DNA of 64,000 bases from the NCBI GenBank assembly GCA_029907465.1, contig JARYLV010000003.1, positions 3,871 to 67,870 of the forward strand. Direction: 5' to 3'. A program made the position numbers and the translations under genes. Source of the stretch: Methanomassiliicoccales archaeon. GTDB lineage: Archaea; Thermoplasmatota; Thermoplasmata; Methanomassiliicoccales; JACIVX01. Below, piece by piece: positions 28,636-38,667 of the stretch. The first letter of the stretch is position 1. The number at the start of each line of letters is the position of its first letter. The notes below the pieces were generated by a model that made no database searches, was not told the DNA's origin, and saw only the letters and a program-made list of their open reading frames with translations.

Positions 28636-29058
28636 ATGTTAGATCACCTAGATGAGAAAATCATTGAGATCCTGAAAAAGGATTCTAGAAGGCCCTTTGT
28701 CGATATCGCGAATCAGCTCAAGGTATCGGAAGGAACTGTGAGAAGCAGGGTCAGGCGGCTCGTCGATGATGGAATAATCAAAAGCTTTACAATCAAGACA
28801 AGCAACAAGAACGTTAAAGCAATCATCGAGATAAAGATCAATGTTAATGTCAACACATCAGTTGTGGCCAGCGAAATCTCAAAATTTGAAGGTGTCTCTG
28901 AGGTTTTTGAGGTAACGGGCGATGAGGATATTGTTGTTATCGTTGACGTCAATTCATCACCCCAGCTAAACGATATCATCGAAAGAATAAGACAATTTGA
29001 AAACGTCCAGTCAACGAGAACAAGACTCATCCTTAAGGATCATTTTGGAGGATCGTAA
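28636..29058 (+). CDS. Lrp/AsnC family transcriptional regulator
   Basis: The HTH reads LDEKIIEILKKDSRRPFVDIANQLKVSEGTVRSRVRRL. A RAM/ACT-like C-terminal domain follows. Confidence 0.9.
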   Translation: MLDHLDEKIIEILKKDSRRPFVDIANQLKVSEGTVRSRVRRLVDDGIIKSFTIKTSNKNVKAIIEIKINVNVNTSVVASEISKFEGVSEVFEVTGDEDIVVIVDVNSSPQLNDIIERIRQFENVQSTRTRLILKDHFGGS

Positions 29059-29937
29059 ATGTTTTATGGTTGTGCAACGGCGATCATCACACCTTTTAAG
29101 GAAAATGGCGAAATCGATGAGGAAGGACTGAGAGAACTCGTGTCATTTCAAGAAGAACAGGGGATCGATGCTATCGTGCCCTGTGGCACAACCGGTGAAT
29201 CCGCGACTTTGACGCATGAAGAGCACATTAAGGTCATCAAGATTGTTGTCGATCAAGCGCGAAGAGCAAAGGTCATCGCTGGCGCTGGCAGCAATGCAAC
29301 ACATGAGGCAATTTTTCTGAGTCGAGCTGCGAAGGACTTAGGAGTCGACGGAATCCTTTCTATTTCGCCATATTATAATAAACCGACACAGAAGGGGATT
29401 TTTGAACACTACGAAAAAATTGCTCAGGCCGTCGATTTGCCAATTATCATCTACAATGTGCCGAGCAGGACTGGTTCAAATATTGAGGTATCGACTGTCG
29501 TTAAGCTTGCGGAAATCCCAAACATCGTCGGCATCAAAGAAGCGAGCGGCAATATTGTTCAGGTGATGAACATACTGGCTCAAGCCCCAAAAGGGTTCGT
29601 CGTTCTATCGGGAGATGATGTTCTTACATATCCAATGATGACTCTTGGCGCGAAGGGCGTTGTTTCAGTCGCTTCAAATGTTGTTCCATCAATGGTCAAA
29701 TCAATGGTTGATCTCCTCCTAAATGGCAATTGGGAAGATGCCAGGAGACTGCACTTCAAACTCCTCCCCCTTTTTAAGAACCTCTTCATCGAAACGAATC
29801 CGATCCCTGTCAAGACCTCGCTTAGGCTGATGGGAAAACCAGCTGGTTCGTTTCGATTGCCTCTCTGTGAAATGAGCCAGTCTAATCTTGAGATTCTTAG
29901 GAAGACGCTTCTTGATCTCGGCGTGATCTCAAAGTAA
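29059..29937 (+). CDS. dapA: 4-hydroxy-tetrahydrodipicolinate synthase
   Basis: Motifs include GTTGES, YNVPSRTG and the catalytic Lys region VGIKEASG. Confidence 0.95.
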   Translation: MFYGCATAIITPFKENGEIDEEGLRELVSFQEEQGIDAIVPCGTTGESATLTHEEHIKVIKIVVDQARRAKVIAGAGSNATHEAIFLSRAAKDLGVDGILSISPYYNKPTQKGIFEHYEKIAQAVDLPIIIYNVPSRTGSNIEVSTVVKLAEIPNIVGIKEASGNIVQVMNILAQAPKGFVVLSGDDVLTYPMMTLGAKGVVSVASNVVPSMVKSMVDLLLNGNWEDARRLHFKLLPLFKNLFIETNPIPVKTSLRLMGKPAGSFRLPLCEMSQSNLEILRKTLLDLGVISK

Positions 29938-29968
29938 TTAATGATCACAGCGTAAGAATGGTGGGATC

Positions 29969-30748
29969 ATGATCAGGGTTGTAGTTGGTGGTGCAACAGG
30001 GAAAATGGGGAGTGCAATTTGCAGATTGCTGACAAAGCAGAAAGACATGGAACTCCACGGCGCCGTCGTATCCAGGGGCGGAGGCAATGTTGGAAAGAGA
30101 ATTGAAGGTGGCGTGGTCGCGCTTGGCGATGATCAACTTGATAAAGCATTGGAAGGTGCGGATGTCTATGTTGATGTCACTACGCCCGCGGCCGCAGAAA
30201 AAAATCTCATAAGAGTACCGCCGCTGGGCGTTAATATCGTCGTCGGGACAACTGGAATATCATCAGATACGATGGCCAAATTCGCCGCCTCGGTGAGACG
30301 ACACGGTGTTTCGGCTGTCGTCACTCCGAATTTCTCAATCGGTGTGAATGCGTTCTGGAAATTATGCGGTGAGATGGCGGCAGTTCTCAAAGATTATGAT
30401 GTGGAGATCATCGAATTTCACCACAATCAGAAGAAAGACGCACCTTCTGGAACCGCCATGAAAGCAGCTGAAATCATCGGCGAGAAGATTGGTATCAATA
30501 AATTCGTCAAAGGGAGAGACGGGATCACGGGTGTGCGAAACAAGGAAATCGGCATTCATTCATTGAGGGGGGGCGATGTCGTCGGCGAACATACAGTTGT
30601 ATTCGCTGGGAACAGGGAGAGACTTGAACTAACCCATCGCGCCCATTCGAGGGATGCATTTGCCGAAGGGGCACTTGCTGCGATCAGGTGGATATGGCAG
30701 AGGAAGGATGGGAAGATACACACGATGAGCGAGGTGTTGGGGCTTTGA
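29969..30748 (+). CDS. dapB: 4-hydroxy-tetrahydrodipicolinate reductase
   Basis: The EFHHNQKKDAPSGTA motif is present. The N-terminal Rossmann motif reads GATGKMG. Confidence 0.95.
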   Translation: MIRVVVGGATGKMGSAICRLLTKQKDMELHGAVVSRGGGNVGKRIEGGVVALGDDQLDKALEGADVYVDVTTPAAAEKNLIRVPPLGVNIVVGTTGISSDTMAKFAASVRRHGVSAVVTPNFSIGVNAFWKLCGEMAAVLKDYDVEIIEFHHNQKKDAPSGTAMKAAEIIGEKIGINKFVKGRDGITGVRNKEIGIHSLRGGDVVGEHTVVFAGNRERLELTHRAHSRDAFAEGALAAIRWIWQRKDGKIHTMSEVLGL

Positions 30749-30756
30749 TCAAAGTA

Positions 30757-32100
30757 ATGAAGTTTGGCGGGACAAGTGTGGGCTCTCAACAAGCGCTCGA
30801 CCAAGTAATCGAGATTATAGCAAACGAATGTTCAAAAAAGGCTGTCGTCGTTTCTGCGCAATCAGGCGTGACGAATTCTTTGATCGCATGGATGAAAGAC
30901 GATACCCAAGGAATCGATTCGATCATCTCGTTCCTCGAAACGAAATATTTCGAACCTGTAATAAATAAGCTGGATGAGGCGGGGATGCAGAAATATGAAA
31001 ATCACATTAGAGAATCGCTTCTTCAGCTAAGAAAAATCCTCGAGCGATATAGAAATAATCTCGAAAACTCCTTGCAGGACACGATTGCGAGTTGGGGAGA
31101 ACGATTGTCAGCGATCATGCTCTCGTATTTGTTGAATGCACGGGGTGTTGATTCTGTCCCGATGAGTGCTGAGGACGCTGGGATCGTTGCTTTAGGTATT
31201 CACGGCAATGGGTCAGCCGACCTCGATGCAACAGCTAAGAATTTCAAGAAAACAATCCTGCCCCTAATCAATAGCGGAAAGATCCCTGTTATAACTGGAT
31301 ATTACGGTTGCGACAAAAACGGAAGGCCGATAACCTTTGGGCGCGGTGGTTCAGATTATTCAGCGGCTGTCGTTGCCTATGGAATATCAGCTGACTGTCT
31401 TGAAATCTGGACGGACGTCGATGGGTTTATGACGGCTGATCCGAGAATAGTGCCAAACGCAAAGACAATCAAAGAAATGGATTACGGAGAGGCCGGCGAA
31501 CTCGCATATTTTGGCGCCAAAGTTCTACATCCGAGAACGATCGAACCTGTGAGAAGAAAGAAGATCAGATTGGTCGTCAAGAACACCTTCAACCCCAATG
31601 GTAGTGGCACTCTCATACATAGTCTCCGATCACCAGGAAAAACGCTACTAAGGAGCGTGGCCATCAAATCGGATCTCTCAATCGTAAAGATCTATTCATC
31701 GGAAATCGCGTACCAACCAGGGTTCGTATCGGATCTCTTGGCCGCGATTGGCGAGGATGGCGTAACGACTTATGCGATCTCAACATCACTTTCCACCCTT
31801 GCCGTTGTAATCCCTACTTCAGAAGTCCCACAGGCGCTCAAGAAAATCAATGAACTGAAAGAATCGCGCATGGAAAAACTGATGGTCAAGAACAACATGT
31901 CCCTGATCTGTGCAGTTGGTGATAACATGATCGACACGATGGGCGTCGCCGCACGGATATTCCAGGTCGTCGAAGAGGCGCAGGCGAACGTCGAATTGAT
32001 CTCCGAAGGGGCATCAGATATCGCACTGAATTTCGTTGTCCCGAGTGATAGGGCCCCAGACGTTGTGAGAATGCTCCACGATCGGTACATAGGTGGTTAA
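30757..32100 (+). CDS. lysC: aspartate kinase
   Basis: The N-terminus reads MKFGGTSVGS. The kinase core is followed by two C-terminal ACT domains. ATG 30757 is preferred over the track start at 30688, which would overlap dapB. Confidence 0.9.
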   Translation: MKFGGTSVGSQQALDQVIEIIANECSKKAVVVSAQSGVTNSLIAWMKDDTQGIDSIISFLETKYFEPVINKLDEAGMQKYENHIRESLLQLRKILERYRNNLENSLQDTIASWGERLSAIMLSYLLNARGVDSVPMSAEDAGIVALGIHGNGSADLDATAKNFKKTILPLINSGKIPVITGYYGCDKNGRPITFGRGGSDYSAAVVAYGISADCLEIWTDVDGFMTADPRIVPNAKTIKEMDYGEAGELAYFGAKVLHPRTIEPVRRKKIRLVVKNTFNPNGSGTLIHSLRSPGKTLLRSVAIKSDLSIVKIYSSEIAYQPGFVSDLLAAIGEDGVTTYAISTSLSTLAVVIPTSEVPQALKKINELKESRMEKLMVKNNMSLICAVGDNMIDTMGVAARIFQVVEEAQANVELISEGASDIALNFVVPSDRAPDVVRMLHDRYIGG

Positions 32101-33361
32101 TTTGAGGCAATTTGAGTGCGTCAACGGGGAGATGGTAATCGGGGGAATCCCTGCGACAAAGATCGCAGACAGGTTCGGTACCCCAGTGTACGTAACAGAT
32201 GAACTGGCACTCCGGGAAAACTTCAGAAGGATTAACAAGGCCTTTTCCTGCCACATGCCGACTCACATTCATTACGCCTGCAAGGCGAACACTAACATTG
32301 CTATCCTGAGAATACTCAAACAAGAGGGGAGTTACATCGATGCGGTGTCGATTGGTGAAGTTGAAACATGCCTGAGAGCTGGTTTCCCACCCGAGAGAAT
32401 CATGTTCACGGGTGTGTGCGTCTCGACGAAAGAGCTGGAGGCTGTGGCTTCGAAGGGAGTTCTCATCAATATTGATTCATTCTCGGAAATGAAAAGATTG
32501 GCAGCTCTCAAGTCTCGCATTCCGATTTCGATCAGGGTCAATCCAGACGTAGGAGCTGGACATCATGATCACGTTGTCACGGGAAGCAGGAAATCCAAGT
32601 TTGGAATCCCCTTGACAAGCATCATGGAAGCGTATTCACAGGCTCTCGATCTCGGGTTGATCCCAGTAGGCCTTCATGCGCATATCGGCGCGGGAGTGCA
32701 GGAAATCGATCCATTCGTCAAGGTCACCGATGTTCTCGTGTCAATCGCGAAGGAACTTGAGGAAAAACTCAAAATTGAACTCGAATTCATTGACATTGGG
32801 GGCGGCATCGGTATCCCATACAGACCAGACGAAAAATCGATGGACGTCGATCTGCTCGCGCGGGAAGTCACATCGAGAATTAAAGCGGGATGTTCTGTTA
32901 GAACAGTGGCAATTGAGCCAGGAAGATACATTGTGGCCGACACTACCGTACTGCTCACGAGGGTGGTCGACATAAAAGAGACACCTGAGAAGAACTTCGC
33001 TTGCGTGGACGCGGGATTTAATATCCTCATCAGGCCTTCATTCTATGGTTCATACCACCATATCGCTGTTGCTAATAAGTTTGAGGCGCCAGGGGAAGTG
33101 GTCTACGATATCGTTGGACCTATTTGTGAATCTGGTGATTTTCTGGCAAGGGACAGGCTTCTGCCGAAACTGGACGAGGGGGACTTACTCGCTGTATATG
33201 ACGCAGGTGCATACGGTTTTTCAATGAGCTCCCAATATAACTCAAGGCCGAGGTGCCGTGAATTACTGATCTACAACGGAACCGTGAACATAATTCGAGA
33301 AATGGAGACTATTGATGACATATTGCGGCATCAGAAGGTACCCTCGAGGCTGATGGTTTGA
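32093..33361 (+). CDS. lysA: diaminopimelate decarboxylase
   Basis: It has the PLP-Lys motif YACKAN, plus GGGIGIPY and CESGD. A GTG start overlaps the lysC stop. Confidence 0.95.
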   Translation: MVNLRQFECVNGEMVIGGIPATKIADRFGTPVYVTDELALRENFRRINKAFSCHMPTHIHYACKANTNIAILRILKQEGSYIDAVSIGEVETCLRAGFPPERIMFTGVCVSTKELEAVASKGVLINIDSFSEMKRLAALKSRIPISIRVNPDVGAGHHDHVVTGSRKSKFGIPLTSIMEAYSQALDLGLIPVGLHAHIGAGVQEIDPFVKVTDVLVSIAKELEEKLKIELEFIDIGGGIGIPYRPDEKSMDVDLLAREVTSRIKAGCSVRTVAIEPGRYIVADTTVLLTRVVDIKETPEKNFACVDAGFNILIRPSFYGSYHHIAVANKFEAPGEVVYDIVGPICESGDFLARDRLLPKLDEGDLLAVYDAGAYGFSMSSQYNSRPRCRELLIYNGTVNIIREMETIDDILRHQKVPSRLMV

Positions 33362-34191
33362 AGTTTTGGAAGTATCATGGGATAGGCAACGATTTCATAC
33401 TATTCGACGATTCTCAGTGTCGGCTACAACTCTCGAAAAAGAAAATTGTAGACCTATGCGACAGACACTATGGAATCGGTGCAGATGGGATCCTTGTCCT
33501 CGAGCAGTCACGTGATGCCGATGCCAAAATGAGGGTTTTCAACGCAGATGGCAGTGAGGCAGAAATGTGTGGCAACGGGATCAGATGTATGGCAAAGCAC
33601 CTCTATGATTTTTCGATTGTCAGGAAGGAAAAAATGAGAATTGCAACATTAAGCGGTATTAAAGAAGTGCGATGCATCGTCCAAAATGATGAGGTTGACG
33701 AGGTCATTGTAGATATGGGCAGACCCTCTCTTGACTGCTCGTCAATTCCAATGAAATGTGAGGGTCAATTTATTCAGAAGGTTATCGATGTGGGTGGACG
33801 GCAGATCCAAGGGACAGCAGTATCGATGGGTAATCCTCATTTCGTGACTTTTGAGGATTTTAGTCCCGATGAAATGAGAATTTTAGGTCCTTTGATTGAA
33901 AAACATCCCGTTTTTCCGAGAAGAACGAACGTGGAGTTCGCGAGAATCGATGCGAAGAGAATCGTCGTCGACGTCTTTGAACGGGGTGCTGGGTGGACAC
34001 TTGCTTGCGGTACTGGGGCATGCGCGGCTGCCGTCGCGGCTGCGATCGCTGGACTTGTCAAATTCGATGAAGAGACTGAGGTGCGGTTGCCAGGAGGAGG
34101 TCTCTGGGTGACTGTCCCAAAGGACCTATCATCGGTCACAATGCGTGGTCCAGCTGTCCGAGTTTTTTCTGGGGAGATTGAGTTGGAGTGA
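33358..34191 (+). CDS. dapF: diaminopimelate epimerase
   Basis: Motifs include GIGNDF and the catalytic cysteines in MCGNG and ACGTGA. A TTG start overlaps the lysA stop. Confidence 0.9.
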   Translation: MKFWKYHGIGNDFILFDDSQCRLQLSKKKIVDLCDRHYGIGADGILVLEQSRDADAKMRVFNADGSEAEMCGNGIRCMAKHLYDFSIVRKEKMRIATLSGIKEVRCIVQNDEVDEVIVDMGRPSLDCSSIPMKCEGQFIQKVIDVGGRQIQGTAVSMGNPHFVTFEDFSPDEMRILGPLIEKHPVFPRRTNVEFARIDAKRIVVDVFERGAGWTLACGTGACAAAVAAAIAGLVKFDEETEVRLPGGGLWVTVPKDLSSVTMRGPAVRVFSGEIELE

Positions 34192-34196
34192 TCAAT

Positions 34197-35348
34197 ATGG
34201 CACATGAGGTTGCAGAAAGACTGAAAAAGATTCCTCCGTATTTGTTCGCTGATATCGAAGCAAAGGTCAGAGCGAAGAAAGCCGAAGGAGTTGACATCAT
34301 CGACTTTGGAATTGGAGACCCAGATATTCCGACACCAAATGAGATTGTGGAAGAGATGATCAGACAGGCGCGGGATCCCGTCAATCATCAGTATTCAACG
34401 AGTGCTGGTGAAATTGAGACAAGGAGAGCCGTTGCTGAGTGGTACATGAGGAGGTTCGGCGTCGATGTCGATCCTGAGAAAGAAGTCGTCATCACGATGG
34501 GAAGCAAAGAGGGCCTCGTGAATATCTGTAGAGCATTTGTTAACCCCGGTGATGTGGTGCTCGTTCCTGACCCCGCATATCCAGTCTACGCTCAAGGAGG
34601 TACCCTACTCTCAGAGGGCATTCCCATGAGAATCCCGTTGCTCGCTGAGAATAACTTTCTTGTTGATATTGAGAGTCTGCCTAGAAACGGAAAAATGCTT
34701 TTTATCAACTATCCCAACAATCCAACCGGTGCTGTCGCTACAAAAGAGTTTTTGAAAAGGATCGTGGAATGGGGGAGAGATACGGGGACGATCATCTGCT
34801 ATGATAACGCTTACTCGGAGATCACCTTCGATGGCTACACCGCACCAAGCATTTTGGAATTTGGAAGAGATTGCATTGAATTTGGATCGTTTTCGAAGAC
34901 CTTCAATATGACGGGGTACCGGATCGGATACGCTGTCGGTAGCGAGGATCTTATCGCTGGCTTGAAAAAAGTGAAATCCCAAGTCGACTCTGGCGTTCCA
35001 AAATTCATCCAAAAGGCGGCGATCAAAGCCCTGAAAGAGTACGAGTGTATCGGAAGACCAGCCTCTGTTGAGAAGAATTGTGAGATCTACAGGGGCAGGA
35101 GGGATGCATTCGTCACAGGTCTTCGGAAACTGGGATTCAACGTGGAGCCACCGCTCGGAACCTTTTATCTCTGGTTCCCAGTCGAAGGAAAATCGATGGA
35201 GTTTTCGAAAAAGCTTCTAGACGTGGGGGTCGTCGTAACCCCGGGAGTCGGATTTGGTGAATACGGCGAAGGATATGTTCGTGTTGCTCTCACACAACCA
35301 GTAAGTCGCATAAAAGAAGCGCTTGAACGGATGGAACGGGTTTTATAG
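34197..35348 (+). CDS. dapL: LL-diaminopimelate aminotransferase (DapL-type class I aminotransferase)
   Basis: Motifs include KIPPYLFADIE and the PLP-Lys motif SFSKTFNMTGYRIGY. A GGAG Shine-Dalgarno lies 6-8 nt before ATG 34197. GTG 34188 is an alternative start. Confidence 0.8.
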   Translation: MAHEVAERLKKIPPYLFADIEAKVRAKKAEGVDIIDFGIGDPDIPTPNEIVEEMIRQARDPVNHQYSTSAGEIETRRAVAEWYMRRFGVDVDPEKEVVITMGSKEGLVNICRAFVNPGDVVLVPDPAYPVYAQGGTLLSEGIPMRIPLLAENNFLVDIESLPRNGKMLFINYPNNPTGAVATKEFLKRIVEWGRDTGTIICYDNAYSEITFDGYTAPSILEFGRDCIEFGSFSKTFNMTGYRIGYAVGSEDLIAGLKKVKSQVDSGVPKFIQKAAIKALKEYECIGRPASVEKNCEIYRGRRDAFVTGLRKLGFNVEPPLGTFYLWFPVEGKSMEFSKKLLDVGVVVTPGVGFGEYGEGYVRVALTQPVSRIKEALERMERVL

Positions 35349-36575
35349 TTTCCTGTTCACAGCTGCTTTTAGCGCTTCGACAGCTGGAAGCGGTTTCCCC
35401 ATTAGAAATGTCTCGAGTGCTCCCCCACCTGTGCTCACATAAGAAAGCCGATCGACGAGTTTCAGAGATTCAGCAACCCCCACCGTATGTCCACCTCCGA
35501 TGACCGTGTAAGCATGTGATGCGGCCATCGCTGTCAGAAGTTCCTTCGTCCCGATCAAGAATTCTTTTTTTTCGATCATGCCAGCAGGTCCTGACATGAA
35601 GACGGTCTTTGCATTGTAAATCACCTTGACAAACTTCTCGATCGATGCTCTCCCAATATCCCGTATTGGGTATTCCGATGGGAGGTCTCCGACAAATAGT
35701 TCTCTACGTCTACCGTCGACCTCAATTGCAACATCGTGAGGCAGTAGGATATACTCGCCCTTTTCCTCTAGGAGTTTCTTCGCCGCTTCAAGATCTTCCT
35801 GAGTCAAGTTACTAGAAAGGGGGGCATCATTTACCTCCCCAAGATCGACTCCTCTTGCTTTTAAGAAAGCATTCGCAGATAGACCGACGAGGATAACCAT
35901 AGTCGCAATCTTTTTGCTAACCAGTCGAGTGACGACGGGGACAATATCGGACACTTTTGCCCCACCAAGCACGAAGACAGATGGCTTCATGGGATTCTCG
36001 AATAATTTCTTCAGTGCAGAAAGTTCCTTTTCCATTAATCGTCCTGCCGCAGACGGGAGAACCGCTGGGAAACCAACGAGCGAACAATGAGCCCTGTGAG
36101 ATGCGGCAAACGCATCGTTAACGTAAAGATCTACGAGCGGCGCGAGGACACTCACAAGTTCTGATTTTGAGTGCTCCTCCTGCGATTTTTTTTCCTGTTC
36201 ATACGGCAATTCTCTCACGTTCTTCAAAATGATCGCTTCACCTGGCTGGAGTTCTCTAATCGCCTTAATCGCCTTCTCGCCGATGAGATCGTCTACATAA
36301 CGGACCTCTTTGCCGAGATGTTTGCTGAGGACAGCAGCATGTTTATCGAGGGGGGCAAAGTCCCAGTCACCAGGTCGCCCCTGATGAGCCAGTATGACCA
36401 CTTTGGCATGCTTACTCAGCAACTCTCCCACCGTCGGAACAATCTGTCTGATGCGGTTGTCGTCCTCGATCTCTAGCGTATCTCTCTTAAGCGGGCAGTT
36501 GATGTCGACCCTAAGCAACACAGTCTTGTGCCTTACATCGAAGTCATCGAGAGTGTTGTACTCTTTCATAGCCAT
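35343..36575 (-). CDS. pgk: phosphoglycerate kinase
   Basis: RVDINCPL is present and similarity runs the full length. The 3' end overlaps the dapL 3' end by 6 nt (convergent). Confidence 0.95.
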   Translation of the reverse strand: MAMKEYNTLDDFDVRHKTVLLRVDINCPLKRDTLEIEDDNRIRQIVPTVGELLSKHAKVVILAHQGRPGDWDFAPLDKHAAVLSKHLGKEVRYVDDLIGEKAIKAIRELQPGEAIILKNVRELPYEQEKKSQEEHSKSELVSVLAPLVDLYVNDAFAASHRAHCSLVGFPAVLPSAAGRLMEKELSALKKLFENPMKPSVFVLGGAKVSDIVPVVTRLVSKKIATMVILVGLSANAFLKARGVDLGEVNDAPLSSNLTQEDLEAAKKLLEEKGEYILLPHDVAIEVDGRRRELFVGDLPSEYPIRDIGRASIEKFVKVIYNAKTVFMSGPAGMIEKKEFLIGTKELLTAMAASHAYTVIGGGHTVGVAESLKLVDRLSYVSTGGGALETFLMGKPLPAVEALKAAVNRKL

Positions 36576-36578
36576 ACC

Positions 36579-37598
36579 TCAGAGGATATACGAAAGGAAA
36601 TCGACAAGTCGACTTGAGTATCCCCATTCATTGTCGTACCAGCATAGCACCTTGACTAAATTACCTTTTTCCTTCACAACCATCGTACTTGGAGCGTCGA
36701 CAACTGATGAGCGGGGATCACCTACAACATCGACGGAGACGATCGGTTCCTCAGAATACCCTAGTAGACCCTTCATGGAACCTTCGGCAGCCGTTCGCAA
36801 CGCCTCGTTCACCGTGTCTCTATCAACACTTTCCATGACCATGACAGTAAGATCCGTAATTGAACCGTCGGGGACGGGCACCCGAAGAGCAACGCCGTTG
36901 AGTTTTCCTTCGAGCTCTGGCAAGACTTGAGAGACAGCTCTAGCAGCACCAGTTGTTGTGGGGACGATAGAAAGCGGGGCTGCCCTCGCCCTTCTCAGAT
37001 CAGTATGCGGGAAGTCCAGTAGCCTCTGATCACTTGTGTAAGCGTGAACCGTCGTCATGAGGCCAGAGACTATTCCAAAGTTGTCGTTCAAGACTTTTGC
37101 AGGGAGTGCAACACTGTTCGTTGTGCATGATGCCATTGAAATGATGTGATGTTCGCCTTTATCATAATCCTCCAAATTTGCACCGAGAACGACAGTAATA
37201 TCCGGATTGGTTGCTGGTGCGGTGATAAGAACTTTCCTTGCACCAGCATCTAGATGGAGTTTGCACATTTTCCTGTCTGTAAAGAAACCTGTCGATTCAA
37301 TAACAACATCGACCTCCTCACGCGCCCATGGTAGTTTCGAAGGGTCTTTTTCAGAAGTGAACTTGACGATTTGGTCATTGATTACTAGATTGCCACCACT
37401 TGGCCGAATTACTGCATCAAGCATCCCATGCACGCTGTCGTATTTCAATAAATACGCAAGTGTCTTAGCATCGGCAAGATCATTCACCGCAACAATTTCA
37501 AAATCCCTGAGATAATTCTCTCGCTGGATAGCACATCTGAAGAATGACCGACCAATTCTGCCGAAACCATTTATAGCGACTCTAATCGTCATACGCAA
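36579..37598 (-). CDS. gapA: type I (bacterial/eukaryal-type) glyceraldehyde-3-phosphate dehydrogenase
   Basis: Motifs include INGFGRIGR, the active site SCTTNS, and the WYDNEWGYS C-terminus. Confidence 0.95.
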   Translation of the reverse strand: MRMTIRVAINGFGRIGRSFFRCAIQRENYLRDFEIVAVNDLADAKTLAYLLKYDSVHGMLDAVIRPSGGNLVINDQIVKFTSEKDPSKLPWAREEVDVVIESTGFFTDRKMCKLHLDAGARKVLITAPATNPDITVVLGANLEDYDKGEHHIISMASCTTNSVALPAKVLNDNFGIVSGLMTTVHAYTSDQRLLDFPHTDLRRARAAPLSIVPTTTGAARAVSQVLPELEGKLNGVALRVPVPDGSITDLTVMVMESVDRDTVNEALRTAAEGSMKGLLGYSEEPIVSVDVVGDPRSSVVDAPSTMVVKEKGNLVKVLCWYDNEWGYSSRLVDFLSYIL

Positions 37599-37650
37599 AT
37601 AAAAGGGAGGTAAAAGGGTAAAAAGGGTTGCCCCTTATTGATTAGCTTAT

Positions 37651-38667
37651 TCATTTGCCTATACCAAGGGTCTTATCAGTTTTCCTGATTGATCTCAATG
37701 GATCTTTTTCGAGCTTCATCATGGCTCTGATGCAGTCAATATTTTCTGGTATCACATCGCTTTCTTGGTGCACCGCTTGATAGTAGTAAAGCGTGCTGTT
37801 AACCACTTTGACCCCGTCTTCCCAAACGATGATCTCCATGAAATCTCCACGGGGCCGATTGAGATCCCTAGCTAGTTCCATGATCTGCGCGGATGATTTA
37901 ATCCCGTGTTTGCCGCTCACAAATTTAATTCTAGGAACCTTGTCCCAAACCGACAGGATATCTTCGTCTTTTGCTTTTTTCTTCAGGTCGACGGCGAGGC
38001 AATGGACATGCATTTGTGTTGTCGGCGTCACTACCGCCATTGTCTGGATATTAAGCCAAGGCATAATGGTCTGTACGTCTGGTCCGTGATGCGTTGGCAG
38101 TTTCAGAGTAGGTTCGATTGCATTGAGAGCTGCTCCTTTGCGATCTGCGGGATCCGCGCCTCTTCGTATGAGGGCGGCGAATGCTCTTTCAATGCCAAAG
38201 ACCTTGTCGATCGGGTAAAGTGTCCGTATTAGACCAGTGGTATTGCAGCTGACGACGCGAACGAAGCGCGCACCCCAGGCTTCGTGATAATTTGCGAAGG
38301 AATTGAATGAAATACCAGCAACACCGTGCTTCTCACCGCCTTGGAAAATTGCCTTAACACCAGCTTTTTCATACATCGGCTTGTAGACGGCACCGACATC
38401 GCCTGGTGTCGCGTCAACGATGATATCCACCTTTGAGAGAAGGTCTTCTAGAGTCCCCGCGACCTTTATGCCATCTTTCTCAAATGCTTCAATATGCTCG
38501 GGTCTGGCGGCATATAAGGGGATTCCTTCCTTGATCGCAAGCCGTGCCTCATAGCTCGGTTTCGTTTTTGTAACACCCACGACTTCCATGTCGTCCTGTT
38601 TGGCAATGGCGAAGGCTATTCTCTTGCCGATTGTTCCATAACCATTGATGCCAACTTTCACCTTCAT
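37651..38667 (-). CDS. gap: type II (archaeal-type) glyceraldehyde-3-phosphate dehydrogenase
   Basis: The N-terminus reads MKVKVGINGYGTIGKR. The active site reads VSCNTTGL. ATG 38667 is preferred over the track start at 38748. Confidence 0.9.
   Translation of the reverse strand: MKVKVGINGYGTIGKRIAFAIAKQDDMEVVGVTKTKPSYEARLAIKEGIPLYAARPEHIEAFEKDGIKVAGTLEDLLSKVDIIVDATPGDVGAVYKPMYEKAGVKAIFQGGEKHGVAGISFNSFANYHEAWGARFVRVVSCNTTGLIRTLYPIDKVFGIERAFAALIRRGADPADRKGAALNAIEPTLKLPTHHGPDVQTIMPWLNIQTMAVVTPTTQMHVHCLAVDLKKKAKDEDILSVWDKVPRIKFVSGKHGIKSSAQIMELARDLNRPRGDFMEIIVWEDGVKVVNSTLYYYQAVHQESDVIPENIDCIRAMMKLEKDPLRSIRKTDKTLGIGK

Noticed and set aside
33837-34388. A 183-codon minus-strand ORF spanning the dapF/dapL junction
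   Set aside because: It is antisense to two strongly supported lysine-pathway genes, and its translation is compositionally biased.
36394-36930. A 178-codon plus-strand ORF across the pgk/gapA junction
   Set aside because: It is antisense to pgk and type I GAPDH. Its Ser/Thr-rich translation has no motif. Similar antisense shadows occur at 16035-16541, 39320-39835, 46869-47345 and 54041-54523.
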